A stretch of 64,000 nt of DNA from an uncultured Alphaproteobacteria bacterium (GCA_949282205.1 CASDOS010000057.1:4037-68036); one strand, 5' to 3'; shown: positions 1 to 9,217, counted from the first letter of the stretch. The notes: generated by a model not told the origin, from the sequence alone. Numbers and translations are program-made.

Positions 1-40
1 AATATATTTTTATTCTATATGCTTGATGCTTAGCAAATTC

Positions 41-487
41 CTAATTTTCTGCTTGAATTGATAAAAAATTATCTATTTTTTCGGTGAGCATTTCTGTGTA
101 TGACGGAATGTCCTCTATGCCGTCGGTTAAAGCGGTTATTTTTTCATATCCGAAAGCAGCACCGTCCGATATGCGGATGAGAACTAAACTTAATGTGGGC
201 GGTAAATTAAATGCTGAGATAAATTCCGGATGTTGATTTATGTTTATTAAGTAAGCGTGTATTTGCCCGTTGTAGTTTTCTTTTAGTATCTTTATTATCA
301 GTTCGATTGTTTGCGGACATTGAAAGCAGGGATTGGCGGAATCATAGAAAATGATAATTTCCGGTAATGTCTGACTTTCCGGATTGATATATAAATTTTC
401 AAGTGTCGGTTCGCTGTGTGCGGTGGTGAAAGAGATGATGCAAAGAGCGCATATTCCGATAAAACAGCCGATGATTTTTGAAAACAT
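41..487 (-). CDS. secreted thioredoxin-fold-like protein (single CxxC), function unknown
   Basis: 148-aa ORF. Hydrophobic N-terminus (FIGICALCIISFTTAHS) resembles a signal peptide. One CFQC (CxxC) motif. No closer family recognised. Confidence 0.45.
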   Translation of the reverse strand: MFSKIIGCFIGICALCIISFTTAHSEPTLENLYINPESQTLPEIIIFYDSANPCFQCPQTIELIIKILKENYNGQIHAYLININQHPEFISAFNLPPTLSLVLIRISDGAAFGYEKITALTDGIEDIPSYTEMLTEKIDNFLSIQAEN

Positions 488-535
488 TTATCCTCCTTGA
501 ACTTTTTTAGCGGATATATGCTTTACTTATGCTTT

Positions 536-2212
536 TTAAAGTGGGGCGCAGGCAAATCTTAACCATTCTAATTCTTGGCGTGTCAGATATTTTTTCAGGC
601 TTAAAAAGACTTGGCGATGGTAGCGGTTAAGCCAGTTGATTTCATCCGTTGTCAATAGATTTTTATTGATTAAGTTTTTATCTATCGGTGCTAAAGTTAA
701 AACTTCAAAGTGCAAGAATTTGGGATTTTTACTCGGTTTTACCATATAGAGATTTTCTATGCGAATACCGAATGCGTTTTCTTTATAGTAGCCGGGCTCA
801 ATAGAGGTTATCATGCCGGCTTTATATTCGGCACTTCTTTTGGCGTGTATGGAAATGCGCGCGGGACCTTCGTGTACATTTGAGAAAAATCCGACTCCGT
901 GCCCTGTGCCGTGTTCATAATCCAAGCCTTTTTGATAAAGCGGTTGACGAGCAATTAAGTCTAATTCGTCGCCGGATGTCTTTTGTGGGAAGATAGCGCT
1001 GGCTAGTGCAATATGTGATTTTAATACAAAAGTGTTTTTTTCTATCATTTCCGCAGATGGCTCTCCGATGGCAATTGTACGAGTGACGTCGGTGGTGCCG
1101 TCATAGTATTGACCGCCGCTGTCTATCAATAATACCGAGTTCTTCTTTAGTGTCGCGTTGCTTTGAGCGGTTGCGTGATAGTGTACTATTGCCGCATTAG
1201 AGCCGCTGCCTGCTATTGTGGCAAAACTTTCAGAATGAAAATTTAATTCTTTTTTGCGGAATGATAAAAGTTTTTCCGCAATCTCAATTTCCGTTTTTCC
1301 TTTGTAATTTTTGGACAGCCAGTACATAAATTTGCTCAATGCGACGCCATCTCTTAAATGTGCATTGCGGATACCTTTTAGTTCAACGGCATTCTTGACG
1401 GCTTTGAGGTGTGTTATTTCATCAGAGATGTTTTTTAATTTATTATTGTAGCTTTTGATTATGGCAGGAGTGCTACTGAAATCTGCACCGAGTTTTTCAT
1501 ATTGGGAAAGATATTCGGACAGTTTATCAAAACTTAGGGCTTGTTCATAATCGCAATGTTCGGCAAATACTTTGTAAGTTCCGCTTTTTTCCACCAACAC
1601 AAAGGCTCTGAATATCGGTGTGTACGGAAGGGCGTTGGAGCGTAAATTTAATAACCAAGAACTGTTAGACGCGTCGGTTACCAAATATGCATCTAAACCC
1701 AGTTTTTTGATATGGGCGGCATACGAGGCTATTTTATCCTTAGATATATGACCGGTGAATTTTTTTTGATGCGTGAAAACTTTAATCTTTTTGCTGCTTA
1801 ATAATTTGGGCGGGTTTTCTACGGGGATAAATTGAGCAAGAGGTAGGAGTTTTTGTAAATTATCCAAAGCGCTTTGACTGATTACCCATGGGTTGTAACT
1901 TAATCGGGTGGCAGTTTTCGCGTAGTTGTTTTTTAGCCAGTCAAAAAAGCTGATTTCTGATAACTTAACAATCTCTACTTGTCTTAAATTTACTTCTTTT
2001 TTGGCTTGGAGCTCATAACGGCCGTCTACAAATAAATAGGCTTTTGACGGAGTGATGAATAATAATGCGTACGAACCGCTGAATTTTGTCAGTTCTAAAA
2101 TGCGATTTTCTTCGGGTAAAATGTCTTCGTTTATGAACATATTGCCGAGGGTGAAAATTCGTCCACTTAATTTGGCGGATTTTAATTCTTTTTGTACGCT
2201 TTTTATATCCAT
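536..2212 (-). CDS. pepP: Xaa-Pro aminopeptidase / M24 family metallopeptidase
   Basis: 558-aa ORF. The C-terminal M24 'pita-bread' region has HGTGHGVG..VHEGP and EPGYY motifs. Length fits the long aminopeptidase P form. Confidence 0.8.
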   Translation of the reverse strand: MDIKSVQKELKSAKLSGRIFTLGNMFINEDILPEENRILELTKFSGSYALLFITPSKAYLFVDGRYELQAKKEVNLRQVEIVKLSEISFFDWLKNNYAKTATRLSYNPWVISQSALDNLQKLLPLAQFIPVENPPKLLSSKKIKVFTHQKKFTGHISKDKIASYAAHIKKLGLDAYLVTDASNSSWLLNLRSNALPYTPIFRAFVLVEKSGTYKVFAEHCDYEQALSFDKLSEYLSQYEKLGADFSSTPAIIKSYNNKLKNISDEITHLKAVKNAVELKGIRNAHLRDGVALSKFMYWLSKNYKGKTEIEIAEKLLSFRKKELNFHSESFATIAGSGSNAAIVHYHATAQSNATLKKNSVLLIDSGGQYYDGTTDVTRTIAIGEPSAEMIEKNTFVLKSHIALASAIFPQKTSGDELDLIARQPLYQKGLDYEHGTGHGVGFFSNVHEGPARISIHAKRSAEYKAGMITSIEPGYYKENAFGIRIENLYMVKPSKNPKFLHFEVLTLAPIDKNLINKNLLTTDEINWLNRYHRQVFLSLKKYLTRQELEWLRFACAPL

Positions 2213-2248
2213 GGCTGCTCCTTTCTTAAGGGAAAAATCCGACGGGGA

Positions 2249-3121
2249 TTATTTTTGCAATAACGCAGCGCGCCAGTTTTCCATTTGATATGTTTTGATG
2301 ACACTAAAGCCAACTCGCTTATGTTGTTTTATAATATCGTTCTCCTGATTGTCAATAAATCCTGAAATTAAGTAACAGCCTCCTTGAGATAAATTTTGAT
2401 ATGCAGCGTTTGCCATTTCTTTTAACGGATTGGCTAAAATGTTGGCAAATATCATATCGTAAGGTGCTGTTGCTTTTATTTTTGGATTGTTGTAGCCGTC
2501 GCTTAAAATCGCTTGCACGCAGTCTTCTACATTGTTGGTAATAGCATTGTTGTTCGTAACATCTACGGCTTCATCATCTATGTCGACAGCCAAAATTTTG
2601 ACGTCTTTGTTCCAGATTTTTGCGGCACATATGGAGAGAATCCCAGAACCCGTTCCCATGTCTAGGATATAATGCGGTTTGGTTGTTGTCTGATGAAGCT
2701 CGGAGATTGCCGTTAAGCACATTTTGGTTGTTTGATGTTCTGAACCAAAAGCCGTTGCCGCATATACTTGTACCGGAATTTTGGCGGTGCTTGGACATAC
2801 TGCCTCATGTATTCCGTATATCATAAATTCTCCGATCTCAAAAGGGGCAAATTTTATGACGTTCTCTTTGAGCCAATTCTTGCTTTCTAAAATTTCTTCT
2901 TGATATGATGGAAGATGCAACGCACGGGTTTGTTTGGCTGTTTCTAGTGTTTGCGCATCAAACTCTAATGGTGCATAGCAAACATATTCTTCTTTGCCGT
3001 CATCGGTATAATTAATGGCAACGACGGCAAAGGTTTCTTCTAAGTATTCGGCTTCCTTTTCCGCTAAGCCTTCTGTCGGTTCAAAACGATATAATTTACA
3101 ACTCTTGCCAATGTTATGCAT
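2249..3121 (-). CDS. prmA: ribosomal protein L11 methyltransferase
   Basis: 290-aa ORF with SAM-binding motif ILDMGTGSGILSI and PrmA-like N-terminal region and length. Confidence 0.8.
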   Translation of the reverse strand: MHNIGKSCKLYRFEPTEGLAEKEAEYLEETFAVVAINYTDDGKEEYVCYAPLEFDAQTLETAKQTRALHLPSYQEEILESKNWLKENVIKFAPFEIGEFMIYGIHEAVCPSTAKIPVQVYAATAFGSEHQTTKMCLTAISELHQTTTKPHYILDMGTGSGILSICAAKIWNKDVKILAVDIDDEAVDVTNNNAITNNVEDCVQAILSDGYNNPKIKATAPYDMIFANILANPLKEMANAAYQNLSQGGCYLISGFIDNQENDIIKQHKRVGFSVIKTYQMENWRAALLQK

Positions 3122-3211
3122 AGGTTTACCTCAAATATTTTTTTTTTGTTTACAACTTTTTTTTCAAGATGCATAAATATAGTGAGGAAAACGTTAAAAA
3201 GAGATTATATT

Positions 3212-3994
3212 ATGAAAAAAATATTTATCGGTTTGGCTGTTTTGGCTGTGGCTTCCTGTTCTTATTATATGAAGGGTGATTATACTCTGGGGAAGCGGAA
3301 TACTTTTAATGACTTCTTTTATACTTATAATATTCGTTATTATGATACCGGTGAGTTTTCTTCTGTTGCGAAAGAAACAGAGACAATCAGTGACTATGAA
3401 GCCGGTGTCGTGCGGCATGCCGTTCCGGGGGGAATTGTTGTTTCTTCCAAAGTTTTGGAAAAGGAAGTTTATTCTGATGAAATCGTAAGACCAAATAAAA
3501 AAGGCGCTTTGGTTTCTTATACCGTGCCGGTTGAGTTTTCAGATGAGAAAGTTTATAGAATTATCGGTGAGGTCGAAATTAATGAGCGTTTTTATCGTCT
3601 GGTGGAACCGAATCGCTATGGTGATATTGTTCTGTTGGATGATAAAGGCAATATTTATCCGCGCGTCGGCAGAATCTTTAATGATAGATTGGCTCTTCTT
3701 GAAACGGCATTTCAGTTGGAGCCGGAAGATGTTCGGTTTATTAATGAACGGACAAGACAAGTTGATGATGATGAACATCTTATCTCCAGTTTTGAAGTGC
3801 GTTATGCCGGTATAGAGGATTATAAAATGGTCTTTAAATATAAAACCGTTCATAATGACAGAGGGGAACCAATTGAAGAAAATAAAACTTTGAAGTTTCC
3901 TATGTACGACAGAAATGTAGCGCTGGGAACTATCCAATTGGAAATTTTAAATGTTGATGATACTGGTATAGAATATAAAATTTTAGCTTTGTAG
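3212..3994 (+). CDS. lipoprotein, function unknown
   Basis: The ORF track starts at 3116, but the internal ATG at 3212 gives MKKIFIGLAVLAVASC, a signal peptide with an LAVASC lipobox. No family recognised. Confidence 0.6.
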   Translation: MKKIFIGLAVLAVASCSYYMKGDYTLGKRNTFNDFFYTYNIRYYDTGEFSSVAKETETISDYEAGVVRHAVPGGIVVSSKVLEKEVYSDEIVRPNKKGALVSYTVPVEFSDEKVYRIIGEVEINERFYRLVEPNRYGDIVLLDDKGNIYPRVGRIFNDRLALLETAFQLEPEDVRFINERTRQVDDDEHLISSFEVRYAGIEDYKMVFKYKTVHNDRGEPIEENKTLKFPMYDRNVALGTIQLEILNVDDTGIEYKILAL

Positions 3995-4002
3995 TTGATG
4001 TT

Positions 4003-4038
4003 TATTCTGATGCGGGCGGCTCTTCGGGGTCGCTCTTT
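4003..4038 (+). terminator. intrinsic terminator after lipoprotein gene
   Basis: GC-rich hairpin (gcgggcggctc ttcg gggtcgctc, with G-U pairs) followed by a T7 run. Confidence 0.55.
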
Positions 4039-4108
4039 TTTTATTTATCTAAACTAAAATTCAGGTTTAATTCGGCGCTCTGATGCTTATATCTTTGATA
4101 TATTTGTA

Positions 4109-4432
4109 ATGGAGGTAAAAATGCGTTTTGTCAGACCAGAAAGCCTTTATAAAGGTGCTATTATCTTAGATGTCAGAAGTGAAGAAGAATATGCTCATGA
4201 AAGATTGGAATTGCCGCATATCGTTATTCGTGCGGATAAAGTCAATCCTGATAAATTTATGGCTGAATATAATCCAAATGGCGAAAAATTGGTTAATATT
4301 TTATGTACTTCCGGTGGGGTATCCTCCGAAGTGGCTGAAAAATTTGAAGAGGCTGGTTATTCAAATGTTGCGGTTGTGGTCGGCGGTATTATTGAGGCTG
4401 AATATGAGGGATTAAAAGTGCTTAAAAATTAA
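4109..4432 (+). CDS. rhodanese-domain sulfurtransferase-like protein
   Basis: 107-aa ORF. Pattern ILDVRSEEEYAHERL ... CTSGGVS (active-site Cys loop) ... GGI is typical of single-domain rhodaneses. GGAGG Shine-Dalgarno lies upstream. Confidence 0.7.
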   Translation: MEVKMRFVRPESLYKGAIILDVRSEEEYAHERLELPHIVIRADKVNPDKFMAEYNPNGEKLVNILCTSGGVSSEVAEKFEEAGYSNVAVVVGGIIEAEYEGLKVLKN

Positions 4433-4497
4433 GAAAAATCTTGTCTTATTCGTTGTCACTGCTATTATCTCTTATAGTTTTATAGGAGATTTTTTTT

Positions 4498-5136
4498 ATG
4501 CCTGATTTTGCGTTGGAAGATGAATTTGATGGGGTGGTTGCCGGTGTCGATGAGGCCGGACGAGGACCTTGGGTTGGTCCGGTTGTCGCTGGTTGTGTCG
4601 TGTTTGTGAATAGAAATGTTCATCCTTTCTTGCTTGATAATCTCAATGATTCCAAAAAATTATCCAAGAAAAAAAGAGAACAATTGTTTCAACTTTTGCA
4701 GGATGAAGCTCAACAGGGACATATTAAAATCGGTATCGGACAGGCATCCGCTCAGGAAATTGATGAAATAAATATCTTAAACGCCTCTTTTTTGGCGATG
4801 AAACGGGCTATTGATACGGCGAATGTTCATCCTGATTTGGTTTTGGTCGACGGTAATCGGAATCCCCAGAAATTCGGCTATGCCACAAAAGCGATTATTA
4901 AAGGTGATGCAAAGTCTTATTCTATTTCGGCTGCTTCTATTTTAGCTAAAGTCTATCGGGACAGATTAATGGAAAAAATGGCTATCCAATATCCGGGGTA
5001 CGGATTTGAGAAAAATGCCGGTTATGGTACTAAAACACATATTGAGGGACTTAAAAATCGGGGGGTTACTCCCGAACATCGTAAGTCTTATGCCCCGATT
5101 AAGGAATTTTTGAAATTGGATAATGGCGAGGCTTAA
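4498..5136 (+). CDS. rnhB: ribonuclease HII
   Basis: 212-aa ORF with GVDEAGRGPWVGPVVA and DSKKLS motifs characteristic of RNase HII. Confidence 0.9.
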   Translation: MPDFALEDEFDGVVAGVDEAGRGPWVGPVVAGCVVFVNRNVHPFLLDNLNDSKKLSKKKREQLFQLLQDEAQQGHIKIGIGQASAQEIDEINILNASFLAMKRAIDTANVHPDLVLVDGNRNPQKFGYATKAIIKGDAKSYSISAASILAKVYRDRLMEKMAIQYPGYGFEKNAGYGTKTHIEGLKNRGVTPEHRKSYAPIKEFLKLDNGEA

Positions 5137-5718
5137 ATGACGGTGGTTGCAATGTGGTGCCGACATAATGGCGATGATATTATCGGAATTGGAAAACATA
5201 TTCCGTGGAATGTGCCGAGCGATGCGGAACATTTTTTAGAGGTGGTTGATGGACAAGTGGTGGTTTGCGGGAGATTGACGTATGAGAGTTTTCCGAATCG
5301 TTCTATTGATGGGTGTAGGATTTTTGTTTTGACTTCAGATGAAAATTATGAAGTTAGTGATGAAAAACATCATTGCATTATTTCTTCGCAGAAAGTTTTG
5401 GCAGATTTGGAGGATGATATTTATGTTGCCGGTGGAGCGACGGTTTATTACTTATTTATGACAGGAAAGGAAAAACTTAAACCACAAATTGTAGTGGATT
5501 GTGTGTATATGGGGGAGATACAGGATTGTGACGGAAAGCCGATTTCTATTACAGATAGTGTGGCGGTTTTGCAAAAAAATTATCGGCGTGTTTCGCCTTT
5601 TTATATTCAAGATAATGTGGAAAGTGCCATCTGGATTAAAAAAGGTGAATTTGTGGAACAAAGTGTCTTGAAGCGTTTGGTTAGTATTTTGGAACAAAAT
5701 GCAGAAATCAGATGGTAA
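5137..5718 (+). CDS. dihydrofolate reductase-like protein with C-terminal extension
   Basis: 193-aa ORF. IGxxxxIPWxxPxDxxxF, GRLTYESFP and VAGGATVY segments line up with the DHFR fold motifs. Its start directly abuts the rnhB stop. Confidence 0.55.
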   Translation: MTVVAMWCRHNGDDIIGIGKHIPWNVPSDAEHFLEVVDGQVVVCGRLTYESFPNRSIDGCRIFVLTSDENYEVSDEKHHCIISSQKVLADLEDDIYVAGGATVYYLFMTGKEKLKPQIVVDCVYMGEIQDCDGKPISITDSVAVLQKNYRRVSPFYIQDNVESAIWIKKGEFVEQSVLKRLVSILEQNAEIRW

Positions 5719-5831
5719 TTATACATTTGTTTTTATGCACAACAGTGATGAAATAAGTAATTGTTCTTGCTTAGTGGTGTTCTTTTTTCTATTCTTCCTC
5801 TATCTTTGTTAACGGACTAAGGACTTTTGAT

Positions 5832-6506
5832 ATGAAAAAAATATTTATGTCACCGCTATTTATGCCGATTGTTTTTATGATAGCTTGGCTTGCTTTTATG
5901 GCGGGTGTTTATTTTTTGTATCCGAATGATATTTTAAATATTACCAAAGAGGGGGGAATTATTGAGGATTTTACTCATTTCGGTTATGTTGTTTTAATTG
6001 CCGTGCTAATTATTTGTAGTGATGATTTTAGTGACAGAGTTAAAACTTGGGCAACGCTTTTTTTCTTGACAATGTGCGCTTTTTTGCGTGAGCAAGGGAT
6101 TCAACATCATTTGTCGCAGACCGATACTACTCCTTTTAAATCCAGATTTTTCTTAAATCCGAATAATCCTATCAGCGAAAAGATTATTTTTGGTTTTGTT
6201 CTGATTGTTGTTGCCGGTGCGGTTGTTTATTTGGCGGTTAAATATTCTAAGCACTTAGTACGCTCTTTTTTCCAATTTAATCCGGTTACTTGGTCGATTG
6301 CTGTTTTGTGTACGGTTGGCGTTTGTGCCAAGTTGGTTGATAGATTTCCTTCTAATTGGAGAAAGGCTCATAATGGGGTTCCACTTCCCGAACAAACCTA
6401 TGCAATTTGTCAGTTGTTGGAAGAATCAAGTGAGATGTTCTTACCTTATATTGCAGTTGGGGCGTTGTATCAATTTAAGCTGCAAAAGCAAGGTTGGAAC
6501 GCTTAA
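5832..6506 (+). CDS. integral membrane protein, function unknown
   Basis: 224-aa ORF with about 6 hydrophobic segments. No family recognised. Confidence 0.55.
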   Translation: MKKIFMSPLFMPIVFMIAWLAFMAGVYFLYPNDILNITKEGGIIEDFTHFGYVVLIAVLIICSDDFSDRVKTWATLFFLTMCAFLREQGIQHHLSQTDTTPFKSRFFLNPNNPISEKIIFGFVLIVVAGAVVYLAVKYSKHLVRSFFQFNPVTWSIAVLCTVGVCAKLVDRFPSNWRKAHNGVPLPEQTYAICQLLEESSEMFLPYIAVGALYQFKLQKQGWNA

Positions 6507-6527
6507 CTAAAACTTATGTGGAGGGAT

Positions 6528-6563
6528 GAGGATTGAAATGGAGGGTTTCAATCCTCTTTTTTT
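6528..6563 (+). terminator. intrinsic terminator
   Basis: Perfect 11-bp stem gaggattgaaa/tttcaatcctc followed by a T7 run. Confidence 0.75.
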
Positions 6564-6670
6564 GACTAAAATGTAAATTTTGACAAAAAACTTCTTGCGC
6601 GAGGGGGAAAAATGTGGTATGGTAAAGAAGTTTTTAATAAGAATATGTTAAATTTTTAATTTTAATCATT

Positions 6671-7243
6671 ATGGCAAATTTAGCTTTAACGGCTGCACAT
6701 GTTGCGCCGAATGCATTTAGTGGTGTTATTCTTCGTGGTTCTAACTTGTTTGCTGGTAAGGACAGCAAAACGCCGATTATGACCGGTGTTGAAAAAGTTT
6801 CAGTTGGAACCAAGTCCAACAAGATTTCAATGTTGGACGGTCAGGTATATGAGTACACGCCTGATTGGAAGACATTGATTGCCTTTAATGGGCAGAAGGC
6901 TACGCAGATTGGAACGTACCGTATTGCATCTGCAGAAGAAATCGAAATTATTTCAGACTACGACCTTGTGAAAGGGCATGGGCTGAAGGTTATTAACGAA
7001 CAAGGTATGATTCTGCATGAAAACGTGCGGGCATTTATGCCAATAAATGACCGCTTTTACCTCGTTCGTGAGGCTGATGGGGGATGGATGTATTACCATG
7101 CCAGTGGCTCACGAGGAAGAGGGAATGCTTTAATGAAAGCTAACCTTGTCGTTGGCAGAAAGAAATTGCTATTTGATGAAAGAGGTAAACTCCACCTTAA
7201 TCAGTGGTCGCCCTTATATTACGATAATCTATATTTTGATTAA
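6671..7243 (+). CDS. hypothetical protein (ORFan), soluble
   Basis: 190-aa ORF bounded by terminators at 6528-6563 and 7269-7296. No Shine-Dalgarno. No family recognised. Confidence 0.5.
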   Translation: MANLALTAAHVAPNAFSGVILRGSNLFAGKDSKTPIMTGVEKVSVGTKSNKISMLDGQVYEYTPDWKTLIAFNGQKATQIGTYRIASAEEIEIISDYDLVKGHGLKVINEQGMILHENVRAFMPINDRFYLVREADGGWMYYHASGSRGRGNALMKANLVVGRKKLLFDERGKLHLNQWSPLYYDNLYFD

Positions 7244-7268
7244 TCGTAATAACTTTCATCGCTTTTTT

Positions 7269-7296
7269 AGGGGCTGCTTCGGCGGCTCCTTTTTTT
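7269..7296 (+). terminator. intrinsic terminator
   Basis: Hairpin aggggctgc ttcg gcggctcct followed by a T-run. Confidence 0.6.
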
Positions 7297-7321
7297 GTGG
7301 TAAAGAGGGGAAATTTTAAGA

Positions 7322-7350
7322 TTGACAAAAGATATATTAGGAGCTACTTT
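7322..7350 (+). promoter_or_regulatory. sigma70-type promoter of the cassette family
   Basis: TTGACA (7322-7327), 17-nt spacer, TACTTT (7345-7350). The TTGACAAAAG box recurs at 7933 and upstream of the 22.5-26 kb array. Confidence 0.5.
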
Positions 7351-7392
7351 AAGGGTGGTTATTGATTATTATGAACTTTAAATTTAAGAATT

Positions 7393-7800
7393 ATGGAAAA
7401 ATTTTTTAGTAAAATTTGGTGGCCGTACTTATTTATTTTCGGTCAGTTATGTATTGTTGGGCTTGTTGGCTTGGTCTGTGGCATCAATGTGTTTTGGTTG
7501 CCATGGTATAGTCTGGGTGTGGTTATGCTGCTAGGGCTTTTGCTGGTTACTCTGCAATTTCTGGATTTATTTCGGAGTGCATATAAACTTGAGGGGCTTG
7601 CGGTCGTTATGTATTTAGTGGCGTTTTTTTGCGTGTTGAGTGTTATCAGCTTTTGTCTTGCACCATCCGGTGGCATAGCAGGCAATTTTGAACATGTTGG
7701 GGTTCTGTTGATTTCATCTGCAATATGGTGGGGTAGTGCTTTGTTTTTTCTCCCGAAAATGCAAAATACACAAGGTAAAGACTTGAATGTCGCAGTATAG
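7393..7800 (+). CDS. small 4-TM membrane protein, paralog of the N-terminus of the 8019 gene
   Basis: 135-aa ORF with four hydrophobic segments. It shares FSK..WW..GQLCI..LLLGL features with the next gene. Start context is TTATGGAAAA without a Shine-Dalgarno. Confidence 0.55.
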   Translation: MEKFFSKIWWPYLFIFGQLCIVGLVGLVCGINVFWLPWYSLGVVMLLGLLLVTLQFLDLFRSAYKLEGLAVVMYLVAFFCVLSVISFCLAPSGGIAGNFEHVGVLLISSAIWWGSALFFLPKMQNTQGKDLNVAV

Positions 7801-7871
7801 CGGTTGCAACTCGTTTTCTGAAACCGCAATCCGTTTTAAAGCGGTCATAAAATTCAATTAAACTAGGTATA

Positions 7872-7905
7872 AACGCTCCTTTTTTAAGGGGCGTTTTGCT
7901 TTTTT
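7872..7905 (+). terminator. intrinsic terminator (conserved copy 1)
   Basis: aacgctcc/ggggcgtt stem followed by TTTTGCTTTTTT. Nearly the same sequence recurs at 9218-9250. Confidence 0.65.
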
Positions 7906-7932
7906 AAAGATGCCGACAATAAACAAAAAAAC

Positions 7933-7960
7933 TTGACAAAAGTAGTGGAGGTGTTAGGAT
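7933..7960 (+). promoter_or_regulatory. sigma70-type promoter of the cassette family
   Basis: TTGACA (7933-7938), 16-nt spacer, TAGGAT (7955-7960). Followed by the leader ATTATTATGAACTT shared with the 7393 gene. Confidence 0.5.
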
Positions 7961-8018
7961 AACACCAATTAACAATTATTATGAACTTAAAAATGTGTAA
8001 ATTATGTTGTGTAATGGT

Positions 8019-9200
8019 ATGGAAAATAAGCAAGGTTTATTTAGCAAAACATTGTTAAATAAAGCGTGGTGGATGATGATGACAATTGCTATTGTTGGGC
8101 AACTATGTATTATTAGGTATGTTATCTCGCATTATGGGAGTGATACTCTAGTATTTTTGTGGGATGTTTCTCGACTTTTGCTAGGACTTTTTATATTTGG
8201 GTGCTCGGTTGTTATTGTTTCTATAGAAAGTATTGGGGCTTCTATTGTAGTAATGCCCCTTGCTGCATGGCTGTTTTGTGGGCTTTTCGGACCATTACTG
8301 AATAAGTTATCTGTGGCGACATTCAGTAGTGAAGGTGTATTCATCTTTTTGTTTACATCTACCATATGTTGGATTTTGGTTTGGCTTTATTCTAAATTAG
8401 GATTAGAAAAAGTTGATAACAGAAAAAAAGGTAAGGCTGATGTCAGAGTTGTGAAAAGTCGAGTAGCAGAGAGAATGTCAGACATTAAACCTAAATATTT
8501 TACGCAAGAAGAATGTTATTATCAATGTGAAATGTTTGTTAATAGCTTTTGGTTTGATTTTTTTGATAGCTCAGAAAAAGTGTCTGTTCTTTTGTCGAAT
8601 CTGAAGAAAAACTTACAAGGGAGCGGATATCAAAAATGGCGAGAGGATTTTTATGATAAAGTTGAAAAAGATGCTAAAGAGAAAAATCGTCTTCCGCAGG
8701 AACAGCGTGATATCTTGAAAAGTTATCAACGTGCTAAATTTGACCACCTTAAGCAGGAAGAACTTAAGCAACCTGCGTACCGGCGTTTGTGTGAAGCATA
8801 TGAAAAATGTTTCTGGAGTGATTTTCTGAATAGAACAGAAGAAATATCAGTCCTGTTGAAACGCTTTGAAATTGCATTGCAAAACAGTGGTTATCAGAAA
8901 TGGTATGAAGAGTTTTATGATGTTGTTGAAAAGCAGACAAAAGAACGGACTCGTCCGCCAAAAGAGCTGCGTCGAAATAACTTCCAACGAGTAAAGTATG
9001 AAGTTTCCGAGGATATCCGGGTTGATTTTAATGGTTTATCTGTAACACCTGCTCAGTTTCGAATTTTACTTAATGATGCAAAAGCTATATCTTTAGGTGT
9101 GGATGATTTGATTGTTTTTTGTCGTAAATTGGCTGAGAAACGGCCTGAATTTAGAGATTTTTTGCGCGGAAAAATCATTCGTACGGCGGAAATTGCATAG
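8019..9200 (+). CDS. membrane protein with 4-TM N-terminal domain and a tandemly duplicated cytoplasmic domain, function unknown
   Basis: The ORF is open from 8004. I prefer the ATGGAAAAT start at 8019 because the paralog and the array genes also start ATGGAA. The N-terminus is paralogous to the 7393 protein. The C-terminal half contains two repeats of about 70-75 aa each, with starts about 91 aa apart. Confidence 0.55.
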   Translation: MENKQGLFSKTLLNKAWWMMMTIAIVGQLCIIRYVISHYGSDTLVFLWDVSRLLLGLFIFGCSVVIVSIESIGASIVVMPLAAWLFCGLFGPLLNKLSVATFSSEGVFIFLFTSTICWILVWLYSKLGLEKVDNRKKGKADVRVVKSRVAERMSDIKPKYFTQEECYYQCEMFVNSFWFDFFDSSEKVSVLLSNLKKNLQGSGYQKWREDFYDKVEKDAKEKNRLPQEQRDILKSYQRAKFDHLKQEELKQPAYRRLCEAYEKCFWSDFLNRTEEISVLLKRFEIALQNSGYQKWYEEFYDVVEKQTKERTRPPKELRRNNFQRVKYEVSEDIRVDFNGLSVTPAQFRILLNDAKAISLGVDDLIVFCRKLAEKRPEFRDFLRGKIIRTAEIA

Positions 9201-9217
9201 ATTATGATTTTAGTATA

